A DNA stretch of 64,000 nucleotides, from contig OX597814.1 of the NCBI GenBank assembly GCA_951406725.2, positions 26,164,001-26,228,000 of the forward strand, in the 5' to 3' direction. Of the stretch, positions 27,648 through 40,870 are shown one piece after another. Origin of the DNA: Octopus vulgaris. Its lineage: Eukaryota. The first letter of the stretch is position 1; each line of letters starts with the position of its first letter. The notes below the pieces were generated by a model that made no database searches, had not been told where the DNA came from, and worked only from the letters and a program-made list of their open reading frames with translations. The position numbers and the translations under genes were made by a program.

Positions 27648-27702
<55 letters not shown>

Positions 27703-27935
27703 GTATGTGTGTGTGTATATCTTTGAGTGTCTGTGTTTGTTCCCCCCCAACATCGCTTGATAACCGATGCTGGTGTGTTTACGTCCCCGTAACTTAGCAG
27801 TTCAGCAAAAGAGACCGATAGAATAAGTACTAGGCTTACAAAGAATAAGTCCTGGGGTCGATTTGCTCGACTAAAAGCGGTGCTCCAGCATGGCCACGGT
27901 CAAATGACTGAAACAAGTAAAAGAGTAAAGAGTAA
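25990..27935 (+). mobile_element. 5'-truncated family A SINE split by a PLE insertion in its internal (TA)n
   Basis: AAAGCCTTGTGAGTGGATTTGGTAGACAGAAACTGAAAGAAGCCCG (25990-26035) resumes at about 27710 to the ..GAAACAAGTAAAAGAGTAA tail. Confidence 0.85.
26070..27650 (+). mobile_element. 5'-truncated Penelope-like element (RT thumb + GIY-YIG endonuclease + pLTR)
   Basis: ORF 26035-27270: NFLDITLNL, YHKP, SNHP, IYQC..YIGST..KRISIH, LSKLIWDLKD, CLLC..E; frame continues RCKH after a TGA; degenerate hammerhead CCGAAGA..GAAACATG at 27525-27607; flanked by (TA)n. Confidence 0.88.
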
Positions 27936-27960
27936 CAGAGTAATTTGCCTCATCTCCCGA

Positions 27961-28184
27961 TTAAACCTTTAACATTCAGATTATTCTGTCATAGGTTATG
28001 TTTATTCATTCACTTTGTTTTGAATTAATCATTTTGTGATTTGAGGTTCCAATGCTGTGATTGTTTATTTTGATGTGATTGTTTATTTTATCATAGGATA
28101 AGTGTAAGAAGCAAAATCTGGCTAATATGAACATAAACAGAATATTTGGGCTGGATAGGGTCGGTATAAATGTTAAATGGTTAA
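27961..28184. mobile_element. MITE with piggyBac-like TTAA termini
   Basis: TTAAACCTTTAACATT ... AATGTTAAATGGTTAA; reverse-complement homologue of 1204-1424. Confidence 0.65.
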
Positions 28185-28722
28185 ACACAGGATCTTATCT
28201 TGATATTAAGTTACCAAGAATGGCTGGTCTGCAAGTCATAATCCCTAGATATCCACTTGTAACATAAGTAAACATTTTTAGACAAAAAGTAGTAATGACC
28301 ATTTGATAGAAAGAATCATGGTTCCCAATGAAATGTGGCCTGGCATAATTGCAAGGTTAAGAATTTTGCTTTGCAGCAACATGTTTCTGAAACTGATTTC
28401 TCTGCACAGCTCTTTGTTTGTATTTTATTATGGCCTTGAGTTGACCAGTACTATGTGAGAAAAATTTGGCATATGGAAACTATATGGTAGCCTGTCTGTT
28501 GTATGTATACATGTATGAATTTGACCTGACACTCTGTCAAAAACACACTAAAACAGTGCATCATTGAAAACTTATAACCAATGATACTGTTGTTTTTAAG
28601 TTGTAATACAAATGAATAATAATATTTTTTCCTTATTGATCAAGTCAGTCTCTTGCTTCTCTGAGTTTTTCTGTTGATGTACAGTGTCTTTACGTGATAA
28701 CCTTGTGCATCTGCAGGGGAAA

Positions 28723-28774
<52 letters not shown>

Positions 28775-28780
28775 CATATA

Positions 28781-28839
<59 letters not shown>

Positions 28840-28889
28840 ATGTGTGTGTGTGTGTGTGTGTGCATATATGTCTTTGTGTGTGTGTATAT

Positions 28890-29232
28890 GATGCTGGCAA
28901 TAATCAAGCACCATTCGAGCATGATCGTTGCCAGTATTGCCTTACCGGCACATTGGCTGGTAGCACGTGAAAAACAGCATGCGTGGTCATTGCTAGTGCT
29001 GCCAGACTGGCTCCTGTGCAGGTAGCATGTAAAAACACTTTTTCAGCGTGGTTGTTGCCAGAACTGCCTGACTGGCCCTCATGCCAGTGACACATAAAAG
29101 CAACTACTACTCTCTCAGAGTGGTTGGTGTTAGGAAGGACATCCAGCTGTAGAAACTTTGCTCACCAATCCTCAGTGAAACCATCCAACCCATGCCAGCA
29201 TGGTAAATGGACGTTAAACGATGATGATGATG

Positions 29233-29233
<1 letters not shown>
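28890..29233 (+). mobile_element. RTE 3' UTR/tail fragment
   Basis: CCATGCCAGCATGGTAAATGGACGTTAAACGATGATGATG tail homologous to 18000-18153. Confidence 0.8.
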
Positions 29234-29266
<33 letters not shown>

Positions 29267-29321
29267 CCCTCTCTCTCTTTCGGAGAGGCACAAGCACCTA
29301 CACACACATATACACACATGG

Positions 29322-29478
29322 CTGTAACTTCCGCCTGCCGAATTCAATCACAAAGCTTTGGTCAGCTCGGGGCTATAGCGGAAGACACCTACCCAAAGTG
29401 CCACGCAGTGGGACTGAACCCGAAACCATGTAGCTAGGAAGCAAGCTCCTTAACCACACAGCCATGCCCACGCCTATA
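29322..29478 (-). mobile_element. Family A SINE 5' half
   Basis: Reverse complement GGCGTGGGCATGGCTGTGTGGTTAAG..GGGTTCAGTCCCACTGCGTGGCAC. Confidence 0.8.
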
Positions 29479-29876
29479 TATATATAAGAAGAATATAGAG
29501 ATTGGGAAGTTAATAATTTTTTATTATTAACAGCAAATTGGTCATCTTCACTTACATTTTCTTCTTTTAAATGAATATGAACTAAATGTTTTTATATATA
29601 CCTATTATTTTAAGGAAATTCAATCCCCAAAAATACTAGGTATGGAACCAGTACTTCCTTGGATGAAACCATCCCTTGATGAGATAAACACAACCTCTAA
29701 TTAAATTATATATATAGTTGAAATTTACATAAAAACAAAAGACGAAGACAGGTGTATGAACAAAAAGCAAGTGTATTAGTTTGATGCTCAAGAAGGTGAG
29801 AAAGTCTTTTACATTTCAACTCTACACTCTTCAACAGAAAGGAATAAGAGAAAATAAACAGATATATATATATTTT

Positions 29877-29924
<48 letters not shown>

Positions 29925-30231
29925 CAAAAGAAATGGAACAACAATGCAACATATGACAATAAAACATCCGGACAGGCGGCAGACGATACAAAGATGGACA
30001 GAAAAAAAACAACAAAAAGATGGATAGGAAAAAACAAGTTGTGGTCATTTGCAGCCTTCACTTCTCATTCAAGTTTCCAGATTATCCTTAGTTTCAGCCA
30101 GTTACACTTGAGACTGTTCAAATCTAGTTGGACCAGAAAATCTAAGCTAAGAACATTAAATATTTTGGGAGAAAGTAAGCGAATGTGTATGACAAAAAAA
30201 AATAGAGAAAATGTTACACAATTACAAATAC

Positions 30232-30937
30232 AGTCGCAGTCACACTTTTGCGCATGCGCAGTAACACTTTCACACATGCGCTGTCAAACGTTCGCGCATG
30301 CGCACGCACACTTTCGCGCATGCGCAGTCACACATTCGCGCATGCGCAGTCAAACGTCCGCGCAGTTTAACCAAAACCGGGTATCTTATAGTCAAACGTT
30401 CGCGCATGCGCGCGCACACTTTCGCGCATGCGCAGCCACACGTTCACGCATGCGCACGCACACGTTCGCGCATGCGCACGCACACGTTCGCGCATGCGCA
30501 GTCACACTTTTGCGCATGCGCAGTAACACGTTCGCGCATGCGCAGTCAAACGTTAGCGCATGCGCATTCACACGTCCGCGCAGTTTAACCAAAACCGGGT
30601 ATCTTATAGTCAAACGTTCGCGCATGCGCAATCCACGTTCGCGCATGCGCAGTCAGACGTTCGAGTATGCGCATTCACACGTTCGCGCATGCGCAGTCAC
30701 ACTTTCGCGCATGCACAGATACACTTTCGCGCATGCGCAGTCACACGTTCGCGCATGCGCATGCACACGTTCGCGCATGCACAGTTACACTTTCGCGCAT
30801 GCGCAGTCACACGTTCGCGCATGCGCAATCACACTTTTGCGCATGCGCAGTAACGCGTTCGCGCATGCGCTGTCAAACGTTCGCGCATGCGCATTCACAC
30901 GTCCGCGCAGTTTAACCAAAACCGGGTATCTTATAGT
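30232..30937 (+). repeat. 22-bp minisatellite of GCGCATGCGC palindromes with higher-order structure
   Basis: Unit about CACACGTTCGCGCATGCGCAGT; about 21 perfect GCGCATGCGC by manual count; three copies of CGCAGTTTAACCAAAACCGGGTATCTTATAGTC punctuate the array. Confidence 0.95.
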
Positions 30938-31225
30938 CGTGATTCATATCGAGACCTTCTGGGTATTAGCGCGCGTCTACGATGAGTCTACGATTTTAAA
31001 AATAATTTACCATCATTTTTTTCCATTTTAATGCATTTTTTGCTATTATATAAGGGAAGTAACTCTCTAAACATGTCTACGATGAGTCAACGATTTAAAA
31101 AAATTTACTATAATTTTTTTTCCATCTTTAATGCATTTTTTTGCTATTTTTTGGCTATAACTCTCTAAAAATGCTTTATAGTTATTTCCCTTACAAACCC
31201 GAGCAACGCCGGGCGATACTGCTAG
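30905..31225 (+). mobile_element. Non-autonomous Helitron (same family as 6853-7252), 3' part
   Basis: Reverse-complement match to about 6853-7178; ends CCCGAGCAACGCCGGG-CGATACTG-CTAG|T. Confidence 0.88.
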
Positions 31226-31272
<47 letters not shown>

Positions 31273-31395
31273 GTATGTATATATAACAGAAGCACAATTA
31301 AAGGTTACAAGTCTCATTCAGGGATAGCAAAATCCCATGCAAGTACTGGTTAATTACCTATACAAAGAACATTAAACATTAATTTTCTCATCTGG

Positions 31396-31429
<34 letters not shown>

Positions 31430-31497
31430 TAGAGAGTTATCCACTATGTGGAATTGATGGTATTATTAAATTAATATCGATTTTTCACCCTCATTTA

Positions 31498-31537
<40 letters not shown>

Positions 31538-31574
31538 CATACATACATACATACATACATACATACATGTGTGT

Positions 31575-31955
31575 GTAGCTGTGTGGTAAGCATCTTGCTT
31601 TGCTTCCCATGCACATGGTTCTGGGTTCAGTACCACTGCATGGCACCTTAGGCCAGTGTCTTCTACAAGGCCAACCAAAGCCTTGTGAATAGATTTAGTG
31701 GACAGAAACTGAAAGAAGCTCATCGTGTGTGTGTGTGTGTGTTTGTGTTCTGCCGCCACTTGACAGCCGGTGTTGGTGTGTTTATGTCCCATAACCTACC
31801 AGTTCAGTAAATGGGTCGATAGAATAAGTACCAGGCTTTAAAAATATATATATATAAAGTACTGGGGTCGATTCATTTGACTAAAAGTTCTTCAAGGGAG
31901 TATCCCAGATCCCAGTATGGCTGCAATTTAATGGCTGAAACAAGTAAAAGATAAA
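31575..31955 (+). mobile_element. tRNA-headed SINE (family A)
   Basis: GCTGTGTGGTAAG head, GGGTTCAGTACC B-box, core, tail GAAACAAGTAAAAGATAAA. Confidence 0.85.
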
Positions 31956-32739
31956 TAAATGTATGTATGTATGTATGTATGTATGTTATTTCTTTCGCTT
32001 TAGCATCCGTTTTTCCATACTTATCTTGCCTGTTTTTCTTATTTCGTGTGAAATAAAATTCGTTGACGATAAGTTGTCAACAGACAATAGAAAATACCGA
32101 TGAGTGATCTTTTCAAAGAAATGTAAATATACGCGTGCACGCGCACATATGCACACACAAGGGCTTTATTTAGTTTCTAAATTCACTTATTAATTCATTG
32201 ACAAGGCATAGGTTGGCCCGGTACCATAGCAGAAGACACATAAAATGAACGTGAAATCGTGCGAATATGAAGTGAACTTCTTAATTTATACATCTATGAC
32301 ACTCATTCTGTCTATCCCCCCCCATACACACACATATACACAGATACACACATATACATATATAGATGTAACGATGAATAGATTTAGAGTGAGAGGTTGT
32401 TCAAAGGCTAGAACAGCAGGAATTTCGACAAAAATTAAAGTGCAAATTTTTGTCGAAAATTTGCGAGAAATTTATTTCTGAACGAAAAACAAAAGTTGGA
32501 AACAAAAGCGAAAACTAAACGATGATGGAATACACACACACACACACACACATACACACACGATGCCAGTTATGATAGTGTCAAATGACAGTAAATGAGA
32601 ATGAGGGAATAAAATTATCGTTACAGTTTATAGTAAGTTTTTTTTTTTTTCTTCTGTTCACTTAATTTCTATAAATTCGGAAACTGCTTCATAAAAAAAT
32701 ATAAAAAGTAAAAACAAAGTAAAAAAAAGAAAAGAAGGA

Positions 32740-32853
32740 ACGCTGGTTAACGGAGCTATCACGTGATTAAATTAAACGAGCAGACGACATTCAGCCTGTT
32801 ATCCAAACAAGCAGCCGGTCGTTTCTGAAAAAAAAAAAGTTTTGAATGTAAGT
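32740..32853 (+). promoter_or_regulatory. Putative promoter / non-coding first exon ending at a GTAAGT donor
   Basis: Non-repetitive, locally CpG-retaining segment; TCACGTGA E-box 32759-32766; AAT|GTAAGT at 32848; T-rich intron-like sequence downstream. Confidence 0.4.
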
Positions 32854-33474
32854 AAGAAAATAGTTTAAATCTTAATTTATTTTATATATTTCTTACATGG
32901 GTATGTATGTATGTTCGTATGTATGTATGTATGTATGTATGTATGTATGTATGTATGTATGTATGTATATGTGCATATGACAGTACAAAAGCCATTAACA
33001 GGTAGGTATGTACAACAACGTGCCTATTTATCTTCAGTCATTTCAACATCGTATTTATTGCCCACAATATATATATCTTCTGTGTAATATATATAAATAC
33101 ACACACTCTCACACATTACGTAGAAAATATTTTCAACGGAGACGTTACTACCGTACTTAATTGCTCGTCTGCTTCAATACTATGTATGTCCATATTGGCA
33201 TTTATCAATGGTTTCCCCATCATTAATAGATGACTATCGACATTTTTGACGACTCGGGAGTGCGATATGGATATAAAACTGAGTGTGTATTTGAGATACT
33301 GTGCTGTAAAATCGTATCAATGTTTCATAAATATCTTCTTCCTCCAGTTTTTACCATATTCGTATCATGTAGGCTGCTGACTGCCACAGGAGACCGTATT
33401 TCGTTTTTTTTATTTATTTAATTCAACAGTTTTAGAATATTTATCCTTACTGGTCATTACTTTAACTATTTCAT

Positions 33475-33688
33475 TAACATATTCCGGTTGAAATACACTA
33501 CCTTTCTTTCAATTTATTTTTGAAATAATGAGGAATTTAGAAAAAAAATTGTCGTTATTAAGCTGCTGTTTGAAGCATAAATTAACATGAAGTTTTCATG
33601 GAAGGTTCTAATTCAAATCACTTCAAAACATGAAGTTTGTATCACCAAACCACGATGGTCTTAAGCAGATTTGTATCAACAGGGTTAA
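33475..33688. mobile_element. Decayed MITE with piggyBac-like end
   Basis: Ends ATCAACAGGGTTAA; starts TTAACATATT; interspersed-repeat character. Confidence 0.4.
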
Positions 33689-36299
33689 GACTTAATTTAT
33701 TTCAAATTGTTTTGACTACCACATCATACCAACTGCGAAGTAATATGTTGAGGTCTTTTGCTGTTGGCTAATGTCTTCATTTCTTGTATTACAGAGCTGC
33801 AGACGAGACTTTTTTGCGTTTTGTATAGCAGGGATTCGTTATTCTTGGAGTTGATATTAACTGTGGTAGATCTTAGATACTTTTTTCCTTGCAAGCATCT
33901 CTGCAATAAGAGGCAATATTCTTATACTAATAGTATGTTTAAGACTTGGGTATTGGGAATTTTCAATATTATACTTCCTTTTAGGACTTTGTCTACTTAT
34001 GACTTATTGCATATTCTTGTTCAATATAATTGCAGTATCCTACCCTAATTTTTTTCAGCCATTGAGCTTACATGTTAAACTTACACTTTTTCCCTTGTAT
34101 ATACATCCTGTAACTCTTGATTCTTTCTCATGTTTCAGTACCATTTGTTGTAATTGTACTGCGTACATGGAAACTGTGACAAGAGATTTAGGTTAGTTAG
34201 CAAACAAAGAATTCATTGTTTTTGTTTTTTTAATTTTTTTATTTATTTATTTATTTGTAATTTAGAATTTGAGTTGGGACTGTAAGTTCTTGTTTTAGCT
34301 AGTATAAAGTTTCAGATCTTTCCAAACTATTCTATTATTTTTGGTTTCACTTATTTCTGATGTTTTGTGAATGTATAAACTATATTATACTCCATAGTTA
34401 TGAGAATCTACCAAAGCAATATGGGAACTTCTGCATGGTCACCTGTCTTGCTTATGCCCTATTGTTTTGGAATTTGATGGACACATTGGATAGCATTATA
34501 GCCAAAGAGAAAACTTATATGATCATTGCTGAAATGCCTTTAATCAGAAGCTTTCTTACCCAGAATAGGAATAAACCAGGACAACAGCAAGATAACTTGA
34601 GAAAGGATATTTTGAGGCAATTTTTTTTTTAATTACAGGTTCCTTTTAGCTTAAGTTGTCTGTATTTTGTATTGGTTTAACATATTTTTTGTTGGTTTTT
34701 TAAAATTCTCCTTCTGAAGAAGGAGGTCATTTTTAGCAAAGAAGCAAAGTTCCATTACTAGAACTTGGATAGCAAAAACAATGTCTTATAGATTGAACTT
34801 TTAAAAAATCTTGCATACATTTAATTGTTCCACTTACAGATTTGCAAAGTTTGTTAGCTGGTTAGTTTTTTTGCCTGGAACCTCAGCTTTTTGAGATTGC
34901 CACTAAGACATTTACTAAAATAGTTGAATGTAGCAGTTATAATAAATATGGTGAATTTATAATCTAGAGAGAGAAGCTGTAAATATCAAAGTAATTTTCC
35001 ATAAATATACTCTTACTGGCTGATTTTGAAAGAAATATTCATGTCTGTGGGATACCTGACTTGTCTTAAACAATTACATCATGCTTGTGCTGCAATTGGT
35101 AGGAGTGTTGCTGGGAATTTCCATCAATATTCCATTCGTTCATACATATGTATGCAGTATTAGATTACAATAGCATTAACTATACTTATCCTAGAACAGT
35201 GTTTCCTATGGATGGTACTGCTTATTGCTTTAGCAACATCATCAAGCTGCTTTGGATGAAAATATATCAATGACATTTAGGGGCAGCTGCTGATTACATG
35301 AGTAAAATAACATGATCAACATTTTTAGTATATCTTAAGGATTTAAGAGATTTAGCACCTCTTTTGTTCATTAGGTATTTTGTAGATAATTCCAGATCTT
35401 GGATTACAACAGTAAAATGTGATGTGATATAATGGTCAGAAGTCCAAGAGAGTCTACATTCCAGGTAAAAGTTCATGTTATCTTCAAACTTACTAGAGAC
35501 ATACCTATGCATAATCATATTTTGGTGTACAGTATTTTTCCTTTGATCATTGCTGAGATACACAAGCCTAACAATTCTGGAGTTGAATGGAAAATCATCA
35601 GGAAGAGACTACTTCTTGAGATACTTACTCTGTGTGTGGGGTATATGTATGATGAAGTTAAGAAGCTCACTTTGCAGTTTTGAGAACATAGATACACTCT
35701 TGATGTATAGCACCTTGGGCAAGTCTTTCTTATCATAACCCTGAGTTGATCCAACCTTGTGTGTAAAGTAGGATAGAGAGAAAATGTTGGATGGACTGTA
35801 TCTATGATTAAAAGAACCAACATTATCATACAATATCATGCTGATTCTAACTCAGGATTATATTAAGAGTACTATATACTACAAAATATTCAACTGTATA
35901 CTTTAATTCATGTACACTTGTTATCATGTAATAGGTATACATTCCATTTTAGTACATGAATGTATGTAATTATTTTTTGATTGTATGCCACATGGGATTT
36001 TGTGCATATGACCATTCTAGGAAACTAAAGGAGAGAATCTTTGGAATATTTTACAAATCTTCACTGTACCACTAATTGATTGGATTTGGAGGATACAAGT
36101 CAGTTTGCTTTCTTTCTAATGAAAATTTGTTATGTATTCCAATGTATGTATAAAAATAGATACATTCGGAAATTTGTAGCTAAGATACAATCTCCACATT
36201 CCCCAGTAGTTCTGTTTTCGACACTTTAAACAAGATATTCACATCCCCAGAGCATCTGAGCTCTACAATAGTAACTCTGCATATCTATAGAACAAATTC

Positions 36300-37750
36300 A
36301 GGTTTGTTTAACTTTCAGTAGGTTGTAGTTTTTATCAGAATGTTCTTCCAGTATTCTTTATTTTCAAAAATGTGAATGATCCTAGAAATGTGTATGGTTC
36401 TAGAAAGGACACTCCTTTCTGCGAATAGCATTGTAAATAGTATTGCAATAGTCCCATGGAAAGGAAGTACTCTGCATAAATTTTTTCATAGCTGCTGAAG
36501 AGATGGAGGATATGTTTCATACTGATATGATAGTGGGGTACAATTGACAGTATCGTAATGTGGAGGTTTAGAGCATCTCCACTTCTTTTACTGATCATTT
36601 TCCTGTATGATTGCTCAAAGTATATGACAATTCAATCACAGAGCCAGCAGAGGCTACTCTTCCTTTTGAAGTTGTTGGTTTCCTTTGGTTTGCAGAATAT
36701 ATGTCCATGTATAAGTCTTTGTTGATATTATGAGTTTTTCTTCATTGAGTTTCTTTGAAATAGGTCAGTCTAGCTAACTTTGGATAACTTGGAACAGATA
36801 TAAACTCTGTGTACCTCTTCATGAGTTCATGTACTTGCAGAATGTTCATTACTTATTGAGTGTTCATGTGATGTTCTCTTTTATCCCTTTACTGTTCAAT
36901 GGTATTACAATACAGCACTGAAAGACTACTTAGACTGACCTCATACCTCTGCCTTTGTCCCTCTGTCTAACATAACTCCATTTAGTTTTGCTGTTGATGC
37001 AGAAAGTTACAAGTGGTGCATAATACTGTCTTAATCTTGATCTCCAAGTTGCAAATCTCTTCAAGTTTTATAGTTTAGTATCCAAATTTTTGGTACAAAC
37101 CTTGGTACCACAAACACATACGGGATATGTTCTCAGTGAATGTGGATGGCTCCAACTTCCATAGTTTCTGTAGTCTGATGAAGTATCCTTTGTCATTTTA
37201 GCTTTATTGACGACACCAACATATCATCAATTCCAGACACTTGTAATATCCATCATTAGAGATAAGAGAGATAGATAGATATTTGATATTCATATTCCTT
37301 ATTTACTCAAACTTTCTTTGACCATCAAATATGAATTTTTATCCCGACCAAATCCCATTTCATCGCTCCATAAGAAAGTTATGAACATTTCTGACTAATC
37401 CCTGGTGTTGTAAACAGTATGTAAGTAGGGCTTCTGATCATCAACAAAAAAGGTATGAGTGGCATATATTTTCCTCTCCTTTGTAGATCTTTGCATATAG
37501 TTTTGGCTTTTTCTCAAAAGACCTGATAAAGACTTAACTGACAGGTTGAACAGCTGTACAGACAGGCTGTCACTCTGTAATAGTCTTGATAACCTAATTC
37601 TGTTTGAGCCTGTAATAGCTGCTTCAGTTCCTAATGATAGTTGTGTAGATCATGTTGTGGACAAACTTTTGAAGACATTGTCTTTAGCAAATGGAACCTT
37701 AGCAAAGTACATTAACTTTAGTATCCATGAGTGAACTACAGAGCTCAATA
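36300..37750 (-). pseudogene. Very decayed Gypsy-like pol remnant
   Basis: Minus-strand, in order: LFTTPG (about 37410), MGFG (about 37355), IDDMLVSS (about 37228), then IVPHYH (about 36535, PYHPQ-like integrase motif); many stops. Confidence 0.3.
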
Positions 37751-38828
37751 GCTTTTTACAGTCTAACCCAAGGATTTGCAAACATCATTTCTTTCAGCTC
37801 GTTGACATCATTGAATATGTGGCATTGTATTCTAAAATTGTTTGTTTTCTTTTACCTGTATTGGGTTAGTAAACGATAAGAAATTCAGTATCAAAAAGCA
37901 GAGCAAAAGTCTCATTTGCATAGTGACCTCAAATAAATCAATGTTTTGTAGTTATGCAAAAAATTATTGAGATCCCTTCACTTGATATATGATGGAAGTT
38001 TTCCCAATTGCAAGATTTTTATGCAATAAGTACTTCCCCCTTTCTAAACAATTGGAGCAACGGAGATTAAGTGTCTCATACACGGCCTTACTATGGTTCA
38101 CATGAATCATTGATTCTAAGACAAGGGAATTACCAAAAAAATGTTTCTATGTTCATTGAGGAAAGCAGATGAACTGGCTGGTGTTATATTTCCCCCAAAT
38201 CTACAATCAGTCCAATTCATTCTAAATATGCTTTAATTTTTAACTGCATGCTGTTTTATACATAGCACATATCAAATTTTACATTTTTAAATGTGTAGAA
38301 ATTCCTCCACTGCAACAAGTGATGTTTTTAGGTTTTCACCAAATTTTATAAAACGCAACCAATGACTTGCACTTTGGTCTCCGTTCTGGCCATATGAAAA
38401 GCAAAATTCAAGAAAATCTTTCATTTAGCACCCAGCTGTTTGAGTAGCTGTCTATTTCTCTTCCTGTTACAGCATTGATAAAAGCAGTGGCTAACAGAAT
38501 TGCTAATGGTCCAATTCACATTTTCAGCTGTCTTGAATAATATTTTGAAGCTGAATGAGGTACAAAGTTGTAGAATTACACGTGTAGATAATGCTAATCT
38601 CATCAACACAAATTCACAAACAATATTGATTTTGTAAACAAGAAAAATGAGTCAATACATTCCCTATAACGTTTCTATAAACCTTATTTTTATTAATATT
38701 GTGGTTTGAAACCTGTTACATTTCTCTGTATACATTTCTGTCTGTTTTAAACTACCCCTGTAATAAAAACACATACTGTTTGGATATTTTATAATTTTAT
38801 ATGAAAGGTGTATGTACACACACGCGCC

Positions 38829-38862
<34 letters not shown>

Positions 38863-39279
38863 TTTAACGATCATTTTCCATACTATTCATAATACTGCAA
38901 AAATAAGCTGACTCCAAATGTCAAATCTTTATAAATAACATGGAAAGATGAAATATTTTGTAACTAAAAAGAAAAAAGAATTATTCCACATTCTTTTTAT
39001 GATCCTCTATAACCCTCTAACTGTAAAGTGTAGTCAACTATGTAAGACAGAAGACTTGAATTCAGTACTTGACTGGTACTTATTTATTAACACCAGAAGG
39101 ATAAAAAGCAGAATTGACAACAATGGGTTTTGAACTTGGAACTTGAGAACAAGAGCAGTTACTACAATGCATTTCTTTAATGCTGTAATGATTCTGCAAA
39201 TTAACCACCCTATTGTACATGACATAGAGAGAAATTATTGCATTGCTAAAGGAATATAACAAATAGAGACATCAATTGA

Positions 39280-40870
39280 AGCATTCATTTCATTCTTTTT
39301 ATCTAACAAGAAAGCTATGTAATGAGAATATGATGGTTTGAAACAGTGTTTTATCACAAGTCATTTTTCATAAGGATAAATGTTAGCAATGAAGTTGCAA
39401 TGAAAGCTAGTCTGAGAGTAGCTTATTTCTTAACTTAAGATAGAAAAACTATTTACAGTCAGTGAATTAACTAAATTTTGTATTATAGAAACAACTGAAG
39501 AATAATGTCTAGCAAAAAAAAGTAGAAAAAACAGATTTATTCAAGAAAAAACTATAAATAAGACAGTTGAAGACATAGTCAATAACATTGTGCATCAGTT
39601 AAACAATAAAGCACAAGATTTTTCTCAAACCCTTGATGAATTGGTGGACATATGTGACAATTTGACATTGTTGTTGTTGTTGATTCAGGGAATTAAAGCT
39701 AACTTCAAAGTAAGAGAGGTAGCTTCAGTGATCAAAATGCATAGAATTATTGTTGACAATATTTTCAAAGAGGCAGAGAAAACATTGGCTAAGTGCAATC
39801 AAGTTTGGAAGTGTCTAAAGTGTTTTATGACTGATGGTGGGGTTGTAGTATAGGAAAAGTTCTTATTGGACAAGTATACAAAGTTCGTAACATGGAATAT
39901 GTACAGTGTTTCATGGCATTATTCATCAGCAAACATTTTGCAGAAAACATTTAGATCTGTTACATGTAATAGAACTTGTCATGTCAACAGTGAATTTTAC
40001 TCAAGCACATGCACTAAATCATCCCAATTTTGTACATTTTTGAAACAAACAGAAGCTGAATATAGTGATTCAATGTACCACATAGCTGTCAGATAGTTTA
40101 GTCGCAAGCAGTATTGCTTTCTCATGATTTTGTTTTCCTTCAGATGGAGATTGCCATTTTTCTAATGAGGAAAAATCATGCTCAGCTGCAAATGGTGCAT
40201 ATAAATGACTTTGGAAATTGGCATTCTCAGTTAACAGAATGATACACCATAACAAGTTCAATCCTAGATTACAAGATAACTCTGAGTATGTATGCTTTCC
40301 AGTGAAAGCTTTTCAACATAAAAATACTCTTTCTTTTTCCCATTTTATAACTAACGTAAACTACTTTACTTGTCTTAAAAAATATTATCAAGAAACAAAT
40401 TCTCCATTTTCTTTTGAATTCATTCAAAACATTCTCACTAGTCAGAAACTACAGTTTCAACAGCAATTTACAGATCTTGAAAATATATAAACATTAAGTC
40501 TTTCCAATTACATTTGACAGTATTGTTAGAAAACTTTCATCAGATCTTCAGCAAGTGGTTATTGACATGCATTCAACATTAAAAGACAAATACAAAAGAA
40601 AAACCTGACTGACTTTATACTACCCCTTATAAGAAGGATATACTTCTTTAAAATCTTTCCTTTGGGGATTGATTTTAGCATTTGGCACAACTTACATATG
40701 TGAAAAGACATTTTCAAAAGGGAAGTATATTAAATTCACTTAAAAATCTATGTAAACTGATTGTCACTTAGCAGTCAGTTTTAATTACAGTACCTACAAA
40801 ATTTGAATACTAATTTGATAATATTTTGTCAAATTGATATTTAAACATTTTGTCAAAGAAATATTTTATA
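39280..40870 (+). pseudogene. Decayed hAT (SPIN/Buster/GTF2IRD2-like) transposase
   Basis: LDELVDICD, LLIQGIKANF, MTDGG, HGIIHQQ (CxxH region, about 39912-39932), LAFSV, AFGTTYICEKTFS (about 40678-40716, hAT dimerisation domain). Confidence 0.8.

Noticed and set aside
30232-30937. CRISPR-like appearance of regularly spaced palindromes
   Set aside because: Spacers are 12-bp near-copies of each other, not unique; no cas genes; eukaryotic context
29781-31031. 416-aa ORF with HAHAHFRACAV repeats
   Set aside because: Open only because it runs through a TG microsatellite, the stop-free 22-bp minisatellite and a non-coding Helitron; no protein domain
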